From the human T2T-CHM13v2.0 reference genome, Homo sapiens: a stretch of DNA of 64,000 nucleotides. The position numbers and the translations under genes were made by a program. Below are positions 43,795-57,250 of this stretch, piece by piece. The stretch lies in the NCBI RefSeq assembly GCF_009914755.1, contig NC_060936.1; one strand, given 5' to 3'. Each line of letters starts with the position of its first letter. Positions within the stretch are counted from its first letter, which is position 1. The notes beneath the pieces were generated by a model that saw only the letters and a list, made by a program, of their open reading frames with translations, was not told the DNA's origin and ran no database searches.

Positions 43795-43885
43795 CTTCCT
43801 GTGAGAATTAAGTGAGGTGAAAGGTACCAAGTGCTGAAAACAGCACCCAGCACAAAGATGCGCTCTGTGAGTGCTGCTTCCTCGT
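43795..43885 (+). mobile_element. MIR 3' fragment
   Basis: tgtgagaattaagtgag...aagtgctgaaaacagcacccagcaca. Confidence 0.65.
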
Positions 43886-44316
43886 ATCACGGGGTTGCTG
43901 TTGTTTTCCATTTGTTTTTGTTTTCAAAAGAATACTGTTATTTTGAGCTACCTGGAGTCAGACATTTGCACATCAGGTAATTTAAAAGCTGGATGCTGTA
44001 ATGATGTTTCTGTATAAATGTAAAGGGTCGATGAAGAAGAGAAGCAGATCTTGCCAGGGTGGCTTGAGTCTCTTCACCTCCAGGTTACCCAGTTGGAATC
44101 ACCACTATCTGCAAACTGCGCAGTTAGATTGGGCCAAATAAATTGCATTTATTTGGCTCAGAAAGAGACAGACAGAAGAGCAGACTGACTTTCTCGCATG
44201 AAGCCCCTAGGTGTGTGAGTCCCCCAAGGAGAGTGACTGAGAAGCTGATGACCCTGTACCCTTCCCCTCTCTGATCCGGCCACTCAGTGGAGGGAGGGGC
44301 ATTAGATAGGGTGAAG

Positions 44317-44568
44317 TCTCCCTCCCTCACTTCCTTCCTTCTCTTTCTTCCTCTCTTTCTTCTTTCTGTTTTTCCTTCCTTTCTTTCTCTTTCCTTTATT
44401 TTTTTCTTCTTCCCTTCTTTAATTCTTTTTCTTCCTCTCTCCTTCCTTCCCTGCCTTCTTTTCTTTCTTCCTTCCTTCCTTTTCTGTCTTTTCCTTCTTT
44501 CTTTGCTTCCCTCCTTCTTCTCTCTCTCTTTGCCACTCCCTCCCCAACCTCTCTCTTCCTTCTCTTCC
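44317..44568. repeat. CT-rich low-complexity tract
   Basis: Read directly. Confidence 0.9.
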
Positions 44569-45429
44569 ACAACAGGGTGTCTAAATTCAAAACCACAGCT
44601 TTCTCTGGGATTCCACCAAGAATAGAAGGAGGACTCAGGAAGAAATGGAACTTTCCTGTCCTTCCTAGACAATTTAAGGGGTTTGTCAGGAGTCATTTGT
44701 CTTTCCGTGATTTACACTTTACCTGCAGACATTATGTGATCTGTGCGTCTGCAGAACACTGAGACCGGAGCTATAGGCTTGAGGAAGAGGTGAGCCATTC
44801 ATACAAGTTGGAGATTGATGGGTCTGGGTGAGATCCCCACCCTTCACACCATCACCCCCTGTTCCACAGACATTATCACCAGGTAGCCTGAAAACCAGCT
44901 TACTTGAAACCTGAAAACGGATCACCCAGGTCAGGGGACAAGTGCCTCTTCCAACTTCCACTACCTAAGAGAATCACTGCACACCCCCTCTAGAGGGAAT
45001 GTGGGCAAACCTTTCAGTGGGGAAACCATCCCGGTTTGGGAAAATGTTTTCTTTATGATGATTCTAAATCCCTCCCCCTGCAGTTCAAAGACATGAACTT
45101 TATAGGAGGAAGAGAAAACCCTTTTGAGATATTACATTTTAAGCCCGCAGAAGCCCAAAGAAGAAACAACCCTAGGATTGAAATAGAGAGGCCTCCATTT
45201 TCACAGGGGCACTGGGGGACACCAAGAGGATGAGCAGGAATAGGTGAAGGGTCCCAGACCATGGAGGGATCTTCAGGAGGGAAGGGATCTCTCTGCAGGG
45301 TTCAGCATGCATGGGTTTGTGCCTGAGGAGGGTCCCTCTGGGGCTGCCATCTGTATTGACAGGATGCACAGTGAAGTTGCTTTTTACAGGAAGCTGAGTT
45401 TCAAAGCTGGCACATGGGCCTCAGGAGAA

Positions 45430-46110
45430 TCATCTAGGTGTTCTCAGCTGGACCAGTGCAAGAGCCTCCACACTGATTTTCCTGTTTCACTGGCTGCCGT
45501 AAACTCTGCCCTCAACCACAGAGATCCTCTTAAATCCTGTCAGTCATTGTCACCCCTCTGCTTGACACCCTCCATGGCTCCCATCTTATTCAGATTAAAA
45601 GCCCAAATCATCTATAAGGCATGCTATGTACTCTCTCTTCATACCTCCCCAACCCCCAGGCACCTCCCCTGACCCTCTTCCCTTATTCCCTCCTTTCCTC
45701 CACACTGTCCTCCTTGCTGTCCCTTAGACGCTCAGGCAAGCTCCCACCTCAGGGCCTTTGCACATCCCTGTCCTTGCCTGCAAAGTGCTCCCCTCCCACA
45801 TCTGCATGGTTTATAGCTCTGCCTCCTTTGGAGCTTTACTTAAATGCCACGTGCTTAGTGAGGGTGTCCCTGGGTGCCCTACATAAAATTGCAGCCCCCT
45901 GGCACTCTTTACCCCCTTCCTGCCTTGTCACCATCCTGTCACGGTGTATTTTACTATTTATCTTTCCCTGCTGCAAGCAGGTCATCTCTGTGTGGTTAGG
46001 TGTCTTGTCATTGTTGATCTCTGCTTTATCTTGAGCATCTGGAGCAAAGCCAGGCATGTAGCAGGAGCTCACCAAACATGTGTCCAAGGAATGATGGAAG
46101 AAATGAATTA
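45430..46110 (+). mobile_element. L2a 3' portion
   Basis: accctccatggctcccatc...cctcagggcctttgcac...ggcatgtagcaggagctca...aaatgaat. Confidence 0.85.
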
Positions 46111-47416
46111 CCCTTGAACACCCTTAGGGTTTGGATGGTCGGATTCTTTCTCAACTCCAGGAGAAATATTTAGCTTGTGTTTCGGGGCCAGGTTGTATGG
46201 AAAACGCACCTTTAAAGACTAGAATAAGCAAGCAATCCAGGAGGCTGACTTTGTAAGAAGCCAGGGATCGGAGCCCCACTGAGTGGGTGAAAACCCAGAC
46301 CCCGTGCCTCAGCCTTCAGCTGCAAATCCCTGGGAAGGATGGCAGGATCCACAGGCTCTGGCACACGAACCTAACCTATTCTCTGTCTCCTAAAGAGTTG
46401 AATTTGCATCAATAAAACGCGTCGACTCCATGTATACCCACCTGCAGAAACATAATATTAAAACCATGTTATTTTATTGTCTTCTCAGTTAGGAGGAAAT
46501 AAATGACTCTCTGAGCAGCAATAGCTCCCCAGAAGGGATGTTTTACACCCAGATACTAGAGTTAAAACAGAAAGCAAGAAGTAGGGGGCTCTGCATGTTA
46601 AGTAGGTTCAGCAACCGTAATTAGTGATTTTCTAGGGTTGAACAGGACACTTCCTGCTTTCATGGGAAAATCAGTTTGCTGCTGACCAACCCGTACTTCT
46701 AGAGCACTGAGTAACCAGCCTCTAATTCGGTTGTAATGAACCGTGTATTAATGTTGCAGCCTTCTGCCCGCTCTGGAGACCTCACGCCATGCCTGGCCTT
46801 GCAGTGAGTCTTGCGCTTGTCAGTTATGGGGGCAGGACTTTCTTGCAAAGCTGCTTTTGTTTTCCCACTAAAAATGTGCTTATTTCTACCTTAAATAGAG
46901 ATGAATCCCACAACTTGCCCAAGATAAATATGGGAGACGAAAATCTCATTTATATTTAAGGTCATGTGTAGTTTTCTATTTCTCGCTCTCTCACACACAT
47001 ACACACACAGAGAGACACACACTTACATCTTAAATGTCTGCAAACATTATACTAAAAAACCCATTAAGTTAAATACAGAATTACAGCATGTCTGTTTCTC
47101 TCTTGAATACAGCAGGTCGGGAGCCCACGTGTCCAATTTGAATATATTTAAATGAAGAAGAAGTATCGGGTTACTTTGGGGAGAAAAGTTCAGACCTGTG
47201 GCCCACCAAACTCAGACCTTCCTGTCCTCCTGGCTGTCATCCCGTCCTATCCCTGGCTTAGGTTTGCAGCCCTTCTGTCCTGCCACTTTCTCACCAACAG
47301 GACCAAGGGAATTCATGGAGGGCGCCCCAGGAGACCCCCCCGGCTCCATCATCCAAAATACCCACAAGTGGCTTCTGTTCGAATGCAGTCAGATTGCTAA
47401 ATTAAGAGGGAGCCCA

Positions 47417-47795
<379 letters not shown>

Positions 47796-48493
47796 CTACT
47801 TCTGTTCTTGGGACAGAGAAATGTCCCACCCCACCACACCCACCCGAGGCCTCCCCTCCGTCCACAGCACATCACACACACATCCCCAACCATGGACTGG
47901 GTTTCTCTCCAGTTCTGCTTGTAGAATTTCAGACACCATGAATGGAACACACGGCCCCACCCTGCTCAGGGGCCAGGAGTGTCCTTGGTCCCCGGGGGTT
48001 TTGTGTCGGCATCATTGTTCCTTCTCAGAGTCCCATCCCTGCATTGAGTCATTCAATCTGTGGGGAGAGACCCCTGTGAGCCATTCGAGGTTTGAATCCC
48101 CTCTGGGGCTGGAGCTGCACGGCCCTGGGCAGAGAGGCCCAGGGTGGAACAGTCTCCACTTTCTGGAAGTTTCACAGGGAGTGGAGAAGGGAAAGGAGTG
48201 GCCTCAGGCTGTGGCTACTCAGAAGAGGTAGGTTTACAAAGTCTCCTTTGTTGAGAAAGAAAGATTCCTACATATGCACAGCGGGACACTTTAAATCTTT
48301 AATACCTGCTTATCCTGCTCAAAAATTGGTAAGAACCCACGGATTGGACTGCTTTCTAAATTTATGAACTGTCAAGCAAAACCAAGCTAAGTGTATTTTA
48401 TGTGTTCTAATGTTAGAGTTTGATTTTTCACTAAAAATAGCAGTAGCAAATACTATGAAGCAGTTATCAGAAGATGCCATGACCACTTTTAAA

Positions 48494-48495
<2 letters not shown>

Positions 48496-48536
<41 letters not shown>
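48496..48536. repeat. (TG)20 microsatellite
   Basis: Read directly. Confidence 0.97.
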
Positions 48537-48537
<1 letters not shown>

Positions 48538-48934
48538 TAGTGCATGTGCGCCTGAACTTCCTAAAGAACCAGTACGTGGCGTGATAGTTTTAGGAGCTAA
48601 GTGTCTTGGCCACACAGGACACAGGAATAGGGCCTTGAACCAACCATGGGGTCCCCTGGTAAGAGCGTATGCCTTAAGGTGAGACCTTGGAGAGCTCCAT
48701 GTGATACCCAAAACTAATTGAGGCACTTATAGTGGGACGATGTCTCATACCCAGGCAATATGTAGGCCTAAAGAACATTTAAAAGAAAAAAATGCACAAA
48801 ATTTGAATTGCGCACACAGGCTTCCAAGATATGTGAAGGAAACCCTGCCCATATACTCATGTTAACTGAATTTGCTTTCTGTGCTCTGCTAACCAAAATA
48901 GGAAGAATGCTCACCCTGGTACCAGTCACACAAA

Positions 48935-49145
48935 TGGTAGTATTATAGCAAACCAGTGTAAAGTGCTTGCATGTGCCAGAGGCCATGCTAGACACTCTAC
49001 TGCACATCAACACATCCAGTGCTCCCAGCAGCAAGAGAGGTAATAGTATTCCATCTTACAGATGAGAAAATGGTGGTTCTGAGCAGCTTCAGGACTAGCT
49101 CAAGGTCACAAAAGCTCATGAAGTAGTGGAGCCCAGGACTCACCT
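48935..49145 (-). mobile_element. MIR
   Basis: atgtgccagaggc...ccatcttacagatgagaaaat...caaggtcaca...agtagtggagcccagga. Confidence 0.75.
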
Positions 49146-49176
49146 ACTACTCGCTTTGTCATTGTACCTGCTTTGC

Positions 49177-49523
49177 TGTATGAGTGTGTTCTCCTGCTGC
49201 TAATAAAGACATACCTGACACTGAGTAATTTATAAAGGAAAGAGGTTTAATTGCCTCACAGTTCCTCATGGCTGGGGAGGCCTCACAATCATGGTGGAAG
49301 AGCAAGGGACGTCTTACATGGTGGAAGACAAGAGAGAGCATGTGCAGGGGAACTCTCCTTTATAAAACCATCAGATCTGGCAAGACTTATTCACTACCAT
49401 GAGACCAGCATGGGGGAAACTGCCTCCATGATTCAATTATCTCCACCTGGCCCCACCCTTGCCATGTGGGGATTATTACCATTCAAGGTGAGATTTGGGT
49501 GGCGACACAGCCAAACCATGTCA
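49177..49523 (-). mobile_element. THE1 (B/C-type) solo LTR
   Basis: THE1 consensus motifs; 5-bp TSD tttgc at 49172-49176 and 49524-49528. Confidence 0.93.
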
Positions 49524-50255
49524 TTTGCCTTTTTGAGGAGTTTCTAAGACTTTCCACTTGTTATTTGGTATTTGCTATAGTCACATGAGAAAAAACAGCC
49601 ACTTCTATTCCCTGACCCTGTTCTAAAATCAGACAAACACCAAGATTATTACTTCTGTTTGTATTCTCTGAGGGTGTTTTCATTCTGTGAAATCCCTTGA
49701 TGACATACAGCCTCAGACACTGTGAGTGTGGCGTCTAGATAAAACTCAGACACCTAAACAACACTTTGTGTCTTTTCTTGGGGGATCATGTTGGTGTTAC
49801 TCATCAAGTAGATGCCGTTCAACAGAAACCTGATTGGCGCTAATTTAAAGATAGTGGCTAATTAGTCTTTATAGCAGGATAAAACTAATTTGAAGCATGC
49901 TAATGAGAGTGAAGTTTTATAGCAGGGAAGGCAAAATATTAATTTAGAATCCAGGAGGACGGGTGATGAAGGATGTTTTAATTTTTAAAATTTTAAATTT
50001 AAATTCTGTTAAATTGCAGGTAGAATGACAATCACTGTGGTGGGTTTGGAGGTTGTGCCTGCATTTTGTTCCACAGGTATTTATTGTTTCTGATCTATGC
50101 TGATGATTTGCCCAGCACCAGACAGGCAACAATAACGAAACCAACATTGTGATTGCTCTTGCAGCTCTGTCATCTAATAGGTCTCATAGTCTAATAGAAG
50201 AATCAAATGCGAAGTGAGTAAGTATACAGTAACAATGTTAGATTGATAAAGGACG

Positions 50256-50283
50256 ACACACACACACACACACACACACACAC
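50256..50283. repeat. (CA)n microsatellite
   Basis: Read directly. Confidence 0.95.
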
Positions 50284-50331
50284 CCCAGGATAACAGAGAG
50301 AGAACAATAGGAGGAATCTAGATTTGATTGG

Positions 50332-50515
50332 AGCGATTCTGTCCAACAGAATTTAGATGATGATAGAAATATCCTATGACTTTGCAATCCACAGGGAAGC
50401 CATGAGTCACATGTGGACATTGAACCCCTGAAATGTGGCTAGTTTGACTTAGGAACCGAATGCTTAACGTTATATAGTTTTAATTAATTTGAACATAAAT
50501 GTCCCCTCGTGCCTG
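50332..50515. mobile_element. MER3-like hAT-Charlie element
   Basis: ctgtccaacagaat...gatagaaatat...cacatgtgg...tgaaatgtggctag...ttttaattaattt. Confidence 0.75.
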
Positions 50516-52526
50516 CTGATAAGGGCACCCCCAGTTCCTCAGGGAACCACTTGTCTCCCATCCTTGCTCCTTAGAGTTGAGAGGAATTGACCCTACCCAT
50601 CATTCCGAGACAGGGGATGTATCTCAGCCTGAATCATCAGGAAGTGCAATAACTTGACCGTGGTGAATGGTGAAGGGAAAAGTCCATCAGACACTCTCTT
50701 CCTGGAGTTTGAGTTTTGAGCAAGGCTGTTGGAATGAATGAATTTTCCATCACGGAAGCTTTAGACCTTAGGAGCCGCCTTGATCCCTGTCCATCCACAC
50801 CTGCTTCTCCAACTTCCCCACCAATTCTCCAGGTGCCCTCTAGCCTAGCTGGAGTGTACCAGTGAGGTCTTTTCCTACATACATGAGCTAAAGTTGTTTC
50901 TATTTGCTTGCAAGCTGAGACTGTGTCTCATAGAGTGTCTCCATGCTGACCATATTTCTCATTCACTGACTCAACACATAGGTCATGAGCTCCTACTATG
51001 TGCTTAGCATTGCTTAAGGCATTGGACACCCAGAAGTAAGACAGTGTTTGTGTTTATGAAGCTCATGGTGCAGGAGTTGGGCAGGGGAAGGCGGATCATG
51101 CTCGCTGTTAGATCATAATGCTTGAGTTTGATGCTCGTTGCTCCGAGGAACTCACCTACTCTGTGTGCCTGAGTTCCCTGGTCTGTAACCCAGAGGATTG
51201 GCCTAGGTGGCCCAAGAATTTCTATCTGTCTTCAAAGCTGTGTTGCTACAAAGCAGAGAGATTGTGGGTGGATGCAACTGAAATTCTTTGGGGTTTATCA
51301 GGAGGGGAAGGATGGGAGGATACTTGAAAGGCTCTGAGGACTTGTGTGCAGTTTTCCACATGTTGGCCAGAAGCTCCAAGGATGTCTTTTCGTCTATGTG
51401 GGGAATCTCAAATTTGCGGGCACCAACGAGATCAGAAGTGCCTGCCTGACCCTTGCCATCACATTAGCCTCAGCAAGAACAGACCTTTTGAAGTCAGGAC
51501 TTCCCCATATAACAAATGTCTCCATTGGTGGTCTTGAAATACTTTGTAATTGGGAAAAGAGTACACAGTGATTGCTGGGATCATGGGCAACATCTTGAAC
51601 TGTTTTCAAGCGTTTGAGGCTCTATGAAAACTGAAACATATTTCTCCAAACTCCTCTTTCTTTTGATTTTTTTTTTTTTAATACTGCTGTGCCTGTGGGA
51701 GGAGATGGAGACCATGTGCTTTCAATTCCTGGGCTCTTAACTTTCCAAAATACACTTCAGTGAAGGATGTTTGATGTGTGTTCATTTCTGAGGACTTGGG
51801 GCCCCGTTGATAAGCTTTTTCTTCTAAGGATTTTCCTCAAGAAGGGAGGCTGCTATTCCCCATTAGGAAACAAATGTGAATCACAGAAAGGCTTGCAACT
51901 CCAAGACTGTGCCATTTCAGCAGGCGTAAAGCTTGTGGAATTCATTCATCAGAGCGGGAGTGCAGATGAGCAGCCTGCTAGAGAGAGCCAGGAACAAGCA
52001 GGTTGGGGGACTCGGAGTTCAGGACATCCTGGATTTCTCCAGGAGAGGAAGATTCTTTTTAGATATCATCAGCCACTCACTGGGCAGCTGCTGTCTCCAG
52101 TCAGACTCCACTTTCTTACTTGTGAAATGACCAGGTTGGTTTGGAGAGCATCAGTTGTGGCCTCAGCTCAAAAGCTCTCCTGGTGCCTTTCCCAAAGGCA
52201 AAATATAAAAACCTCACAATAGACAGTGAGCAAACGGTGCTGGAAACTCCAAGCAGGAGAGTCAGTATGATCTGGAGATGGGCTGCAGGGGGACGGGTGC
52301 CTCATCACCCATGAGTTCTTGCATCTTGTTAGAAGGTCTCTCAGTAGCCAGATATCTGTTATCTAATTACCCATTGTGAGACTGTGTTAAAAGGTAGATG
52401 TTTTCATCTCAAGCGAAGATTCATTAATGGTGTGAGTTGCTAAAAAGCTAGCTAGTGGTTGCAGCTTTCATAGGATGAGAGTCTTGTTCATTCTCTGCTT
52501 TGGGGGACTAGAAGTATCTGCCACTA

Positions 52527-52774
52527 CAGGTTGAGTATACCTTATCCAAAATGCCTGGCACCAGACGTGTTTCAGATTGCAGATTTTTTTCACATTTTGG
52601 AATATCTGCATGTAATATCAGTTGAACATCCCAATGTGAAAATCCAAAATCCTAAGTGCTCCAATGAGGATTTCCTTTGAACGTGACCTTTGAATATCAT
52701 ATCAGTGCTCAAAAAGTTTTAGATTTTGGAGAATTTCAGATTTTAGACTTTTCAGGTTAGGAATGCTAAACCCA
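52527..52774. mobile_element. Tigger4a (MER46/Zombi) DNA transposon fossil
   Basis: caggttgagtataccttatccaaaatg...tgctccaatgag...cagtgctcaaaaagtttt; TA dinucleotides at both flanks. Confidence 0.85.
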
Positions 52775-53566
52775 TAAAATGCAAAACAGTGCAGTGTTTT
52801 ATGAAGTGAGTCTGCAAATCTTGCAAAAGACATAGGATTTCCTGAAGTTCATGAAAGTGATTTTTTGGTGAGCTGCTCCAACCACAAAGCCTCTGAAAAT
52901 ATGGCAAAGTGAACGTCTAGTGGGCTTCCACCAGCTTTCAAATGAAGAAGTGAAAATAAAAAGAGCATGAATTAAATATCAAAAGATGAAGAGAGGGCCT
53001 GAGCAAAACTGAGGAAACATTCTAAGCCTTTGCCAGGAAAAAGAAAAAAAGATGGCCTTCTTTACGATTGAGCTACAAAAGTCAACTATAAATAGATTGA
53101 TTTACTGACAGTACCATCACTCCGTTTTGTAGGAAAAAGTCAAGTTGCCATTTTTTCACTGGAAGTAACAATTTTTTCACTCTATTCTAAAAATGAGCAC
53201 ATGGTTTTAATTAAAACTTATATATTGTTAAAAGGCAGATCAAATGCAATTATTTTCATAACTGTCACTTTTCAAAAGAAAGTCCCAATCAAAGCCTGCT
53301 CTGCCCACTCCACTTCAACGACTTAACAATGACATTTTACTTTCTGTTTGAAGTGGATTCTTCCTACTTTTCAATTTCCAGGGATAATCACTGGAACATG
53401 AGGCCTTCCTGCACAATCTATGTAACCGGCTTCGGTAAGGTGCCAGTGTTGTTCCAGGCTTTGACCCAATCACAGTAAAGCTAACAGAGTCAGTGTGGGT
53501 GCACCCACCATGTGTCAGCCACTCTGCCCTGCACAGGGGAGACGGGGAGAATAAGATGGGGTTCCT

Positions 53567-53865
53567 GGCCAGGTGCGGTGGCTCATGCCTGTAATCCCAG
53601 CACTTTGGGAGGCTGAGGGGGCGGATCACGAGGTCAAGAGTTCGAGACCAGGCTGGCCAACATAATGAAACCCAGTCTCTACTAAAAATAAAAAAATTAG
53701 CTGGGCGTGGTGGCACATGCCTGTAGTCCCAGCTACTCAGGAGGCTGAGGCAAGAAAATAACTCGAACCCAGAAGGCGGAGGGTGCAGTGAGCCGAGATC
53801 ACATCACTACACTGCAGCCTGAGCAACAGAGTGAGACTCTGTCTCGAAAAAAAAAAAAAAAAAAG
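53567..53865 (+). mobile_element. AluS
   Basis: Full dimer; TSD aagatggggt[t/c]cct. Confidence 0.95.
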
Positions 53866-54209
53866 AAGATGGGGTCCCTTACTTCAAGATTTCATCTCAG
53901 CGTGGTGGGGCAGCTGGATATCTGCATATTCCAATAACTACAACCCAGGAGAATCTTGGTCAGAGAGGAGGAAGCAGCCCTTCCTGGAAGGCTCTGGTGG
54001 TGCTTCATGGAGGAGGGGACATCAAACTCTGCCTTGAAGGGAAAGCAGGAGCTAAGTTAGATTCCTCATGGCTGGAGGATAGGGAATGAAGTAACTAAAT
54101 CTTAAACCAGAAATTGCCGTTAAAGGTTCAGGATCCCGCATCTGACCTGACCCATAACCACATTTAGGGCACTATGAGTTAGAACAAGTTCGCAACATTA
54201 AAACATCAG

Positions 54210-54360
54210 ATTCTCTCTCTCTCTGTTTTCTTCCTCCTTCTCCTCCTCCTTCTCCTCTCTTCCTCTCACCCCTCCCTCTCTCCCCCTATCTTTCTCTCTC
54301 TCTCTCTCCCCCTCCTCCCCTCCCCGCCCCCGCATCATTCTCACTCAGTCACACACACTT
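54210..54360. promoter_or_regulatory. CT-rich tract ending in a GC-box / G-quadruplex motif with Inr-like sequence
   Basis: cccctcctcccctccccgccccc followed by tcactc/tcagtc. Confidence 0.4.
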
Positions 54361-55859
54361 AGCTAAGCTCGCAGAGTCTTTCTGTTGGACGACTGTCTGT
54401 CTCTTGCTCTTCCGTCCCTCGGGGGACCCGTCGCTCACACAGGGCACATGGATGGGCCCCATGCTGGGCGAAGCTCCACTCATTTAGATTCGCTGCCTGG
54501 ACCCTGCAGACAAAGTTTCTCATGGAGTCCAAGAGAGGGGTCCTTTTCTTCCAAAGTGGCTCCATCCTTCTCACTCTCCCTTTTTCTCCTCTGTCCCTAA
54601 ATATTTCCATTCAGAAGCCATTTCAAGGCTGTGTGTTTACAGACAGAGACCCGGGTGGCAGTTGTGGAAGGAGGTCACCTTCTGCCTGCACCGAGGGGGT
54701 CTGCGGGACCTTCAGTGAGTTCCCTCCCCATCTGAAGCTACCATGGCCTGAGGGACACAGTGGTGGTGGCCTCTAAGGGGCTCCCACTCTGATGTGCTGA
54801 GGGCTTCTGATTCCCACTAATTTGACAAAGAGCCATGCCCAGCATTCTGAGTGTTGCACTCAGAAAGGGGGCTGGGAGGGACTGAGTATCCCTGGCTCCC
54901 ATCTGGAGAGTCCCTCAGCTACAACCCAGGTTTGGACGTCAGTAGAGAGTGCGTCAGCCATCTGCGGGTAAGGAGGTGTCCCCAGTGCTTTTCCTGGATC
55001 ATTTATGTTGCGGGTTTCAGATCAACCCCTCTCTGTTCCTTAACAACCAGTGATGGAGGGACTTGGAGAACTGGGGCATCCTGAGTTGAAACAAGCTCCA
55101 GGAGGGTTTGAATTGTGAGAAGTGAGACACGACACTGGGGGCAGGAATCTGTCTGGAGCCACACTGTCGTAATCCTCTCTTGACTCTGCTCTTGCTTGAT
55201 TGGCTGATCAAAGCCAAGTTGTTTGGTTCCCTTTGCCCCGACTGCAAAATGGAACGGTCCAAGTGCTCATGATGTAGAATTGTAAACCAATGAAACACAT
55301 AGGAATGCTCAAGTGCTTGAACGTCTAGCCAGCTTGGTGTGAGTACTCAGGGAAGCTCTTACCCGTTGCTGCTGTTGTCATTATCATTATACTATTAGAT
55401 ATTATTTTACACTACTATACTATTACTATTATTAGTTCTATTATAGTTCTAATATGCTATTATTGCTATTATTAGCATACTTTGACTATTAATTAAGTGA
55501 CTTTACTAATGTAAGAATTGTCCTCCCCCTACTTCTTTCCCGACCAAATTCACATTTCTGAATTCTCTTTTCTTAGAGCCGGAAAGCATATTATGTCTGG
55601 AAACTAAAAATGCCTCCTCGCCTCTGATTTTAGCCGTGGTTGTTGGAGTACCGGTTCCAGCAGGAGCTGTGATTTCCATTGAGCTCTCAAACCAAATAAA
55701 ATGCAAATCTCCGAGGATGGCTCCTCTCCCTGCCCCCACAGTTGTGCTCCGAATAGTGTCTGAGTTTCATTTTTACAAGGGGCCTTTAAAAACTCCTGGG
55801 CCCCTTGAAAACTCCCAGCCCCCTTTGTCCAGATGGGGATGGAGGTGGCCAGGCTGCCC

Positions 55860-56225
55860 CGTTGATTGTGTGCCGAGGAGCCCTCCCCGGGAAGGCTGTG
55901 ATTTATACGCGCAGGCTTGTCACGGGGTGAAAGGAAGGGCCACTTTTTCATTTTGATCCAATGTTAGGTTTGAAAGCCACCCACTGCTGTAAACTCAGCT
56001 GGATCCGCGGGCCGTGATTAAACACATTGCCCGCTTTGTTGCCGAGATGGTGTTTCGGAAGGCGCTGTGAATGCACTTCCCTTTGCGGGGCTCACACAGA
56101 CAAGATGTGTGTTGCAAGGATGAGGCGCCTGCTCGGCCTCCAGCCCAGGGCCGGGAAGGGAGAAGGTGCTGTGCGTCGCTGCCTGTGTCGCCCGCGGCTC
56201 TCCTCCCAGCGACAGACTCCAGACC
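55860..56225. promoter_or_regulatory. CpG-rich candidate enhancer / weak CpG island
   Basis: More than 20 CpGs in ~360 bp of non-repeat DNA; TGATTTAT, TGTCA and TAAACA motifs. Confidence 0.6.
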
Positions 56226-56779
56226 TCTATGCTGTCTGCTTTTCCTTTTTTACCTCCCCTGTCCCCTACCCGGTTTTCTAGCCTTTGAGGGAACTGTTCA
56301 GACTGTTGGATTCAGACTGTTAGTGCCATTTCCCCCCAGCGTGGACAACTGCACAGTGCGAACTTGCTGACTTTCCTTAGCTGCTCCTGCAGAATGGGGT
56401 TTAAAACAATGCATCACCAGAGCATGCAGCCACCCTTAATGACCTTCTGGCTCCTCAGCTGGACGCGGCTTCTTATAGCCCCGGATCACAGAACTCTTTG
56501 ATGGTTCTCTGGATCTCCGGTGGCCATCTGACCTCTCAGGAAACAGGGCATGGAAATGGCCCTTGTCTCCCACCCTGTTCAGTAAGTTTGAGGCTTGTGA
56601 GATGGAAACGTGCCCCAGCCTCACACAGGCAGCAGGGAAGATAGTGGGAGAACCCTTTTGGTGCCCTTGAGTGGTCAAGCCAGTTCCTCCTTCTGAGTTT
56701 CAGAAGCCTCATCTATGAAATTTGGGGATGGCACTGGAAGTGTTGTAAGACCCCTTCCAGCTTTATTTACTTAATTAAT

Positions 56780-57250
56780 ATGCATGTATTAAGTACGTCT
56801 TATGTGCTGCGTGCAGAGTTACATACTAGGGAAAGAGAGTCCTGAGTCGGAAAGACAGGGTCCTACATGACATTCCTGTGGACAGAGGCCAAAAATAAGC
56901 AAGTGCTTAAGCAATCACGTGAATTCAGAAATGTGTGCAGAAGTAAGTCACATGGGTGACATGGGAGTGAGGACCTGGGGAAGAACTTGGCTTTGATATT
57001 CTTGAAGGGCTTTCTGCAGAGGTGATGACTGAGCTGGGGCCAGAATGAAAAGATGGAACCAGACTTGGGAAGAGCATTCTAGAATGTGAAACTAGAACAT
57101 GCAAAGGCCCTGAGGTAGGTGAAAATGAAGCCCTGGACCAGAAGGAAAGGCAGCCATTGTGACAGGGGCTTAGGGAAGGAAAGGAAGTTGTTCAAGGCAG
57201 GAGCTTGGAGGGGAAGGCCAGGTCTGGATCACTAGGGGTTTTGATAAGAG
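56780..57250 (-). mobile_element. L2 fragment (preceded by a MIR piece near 56690-56765)
   Basis: gaggtgatgactgagctg...gggaagagcattctag...catgcaaaggccctgagg. Confidence 0.75.
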
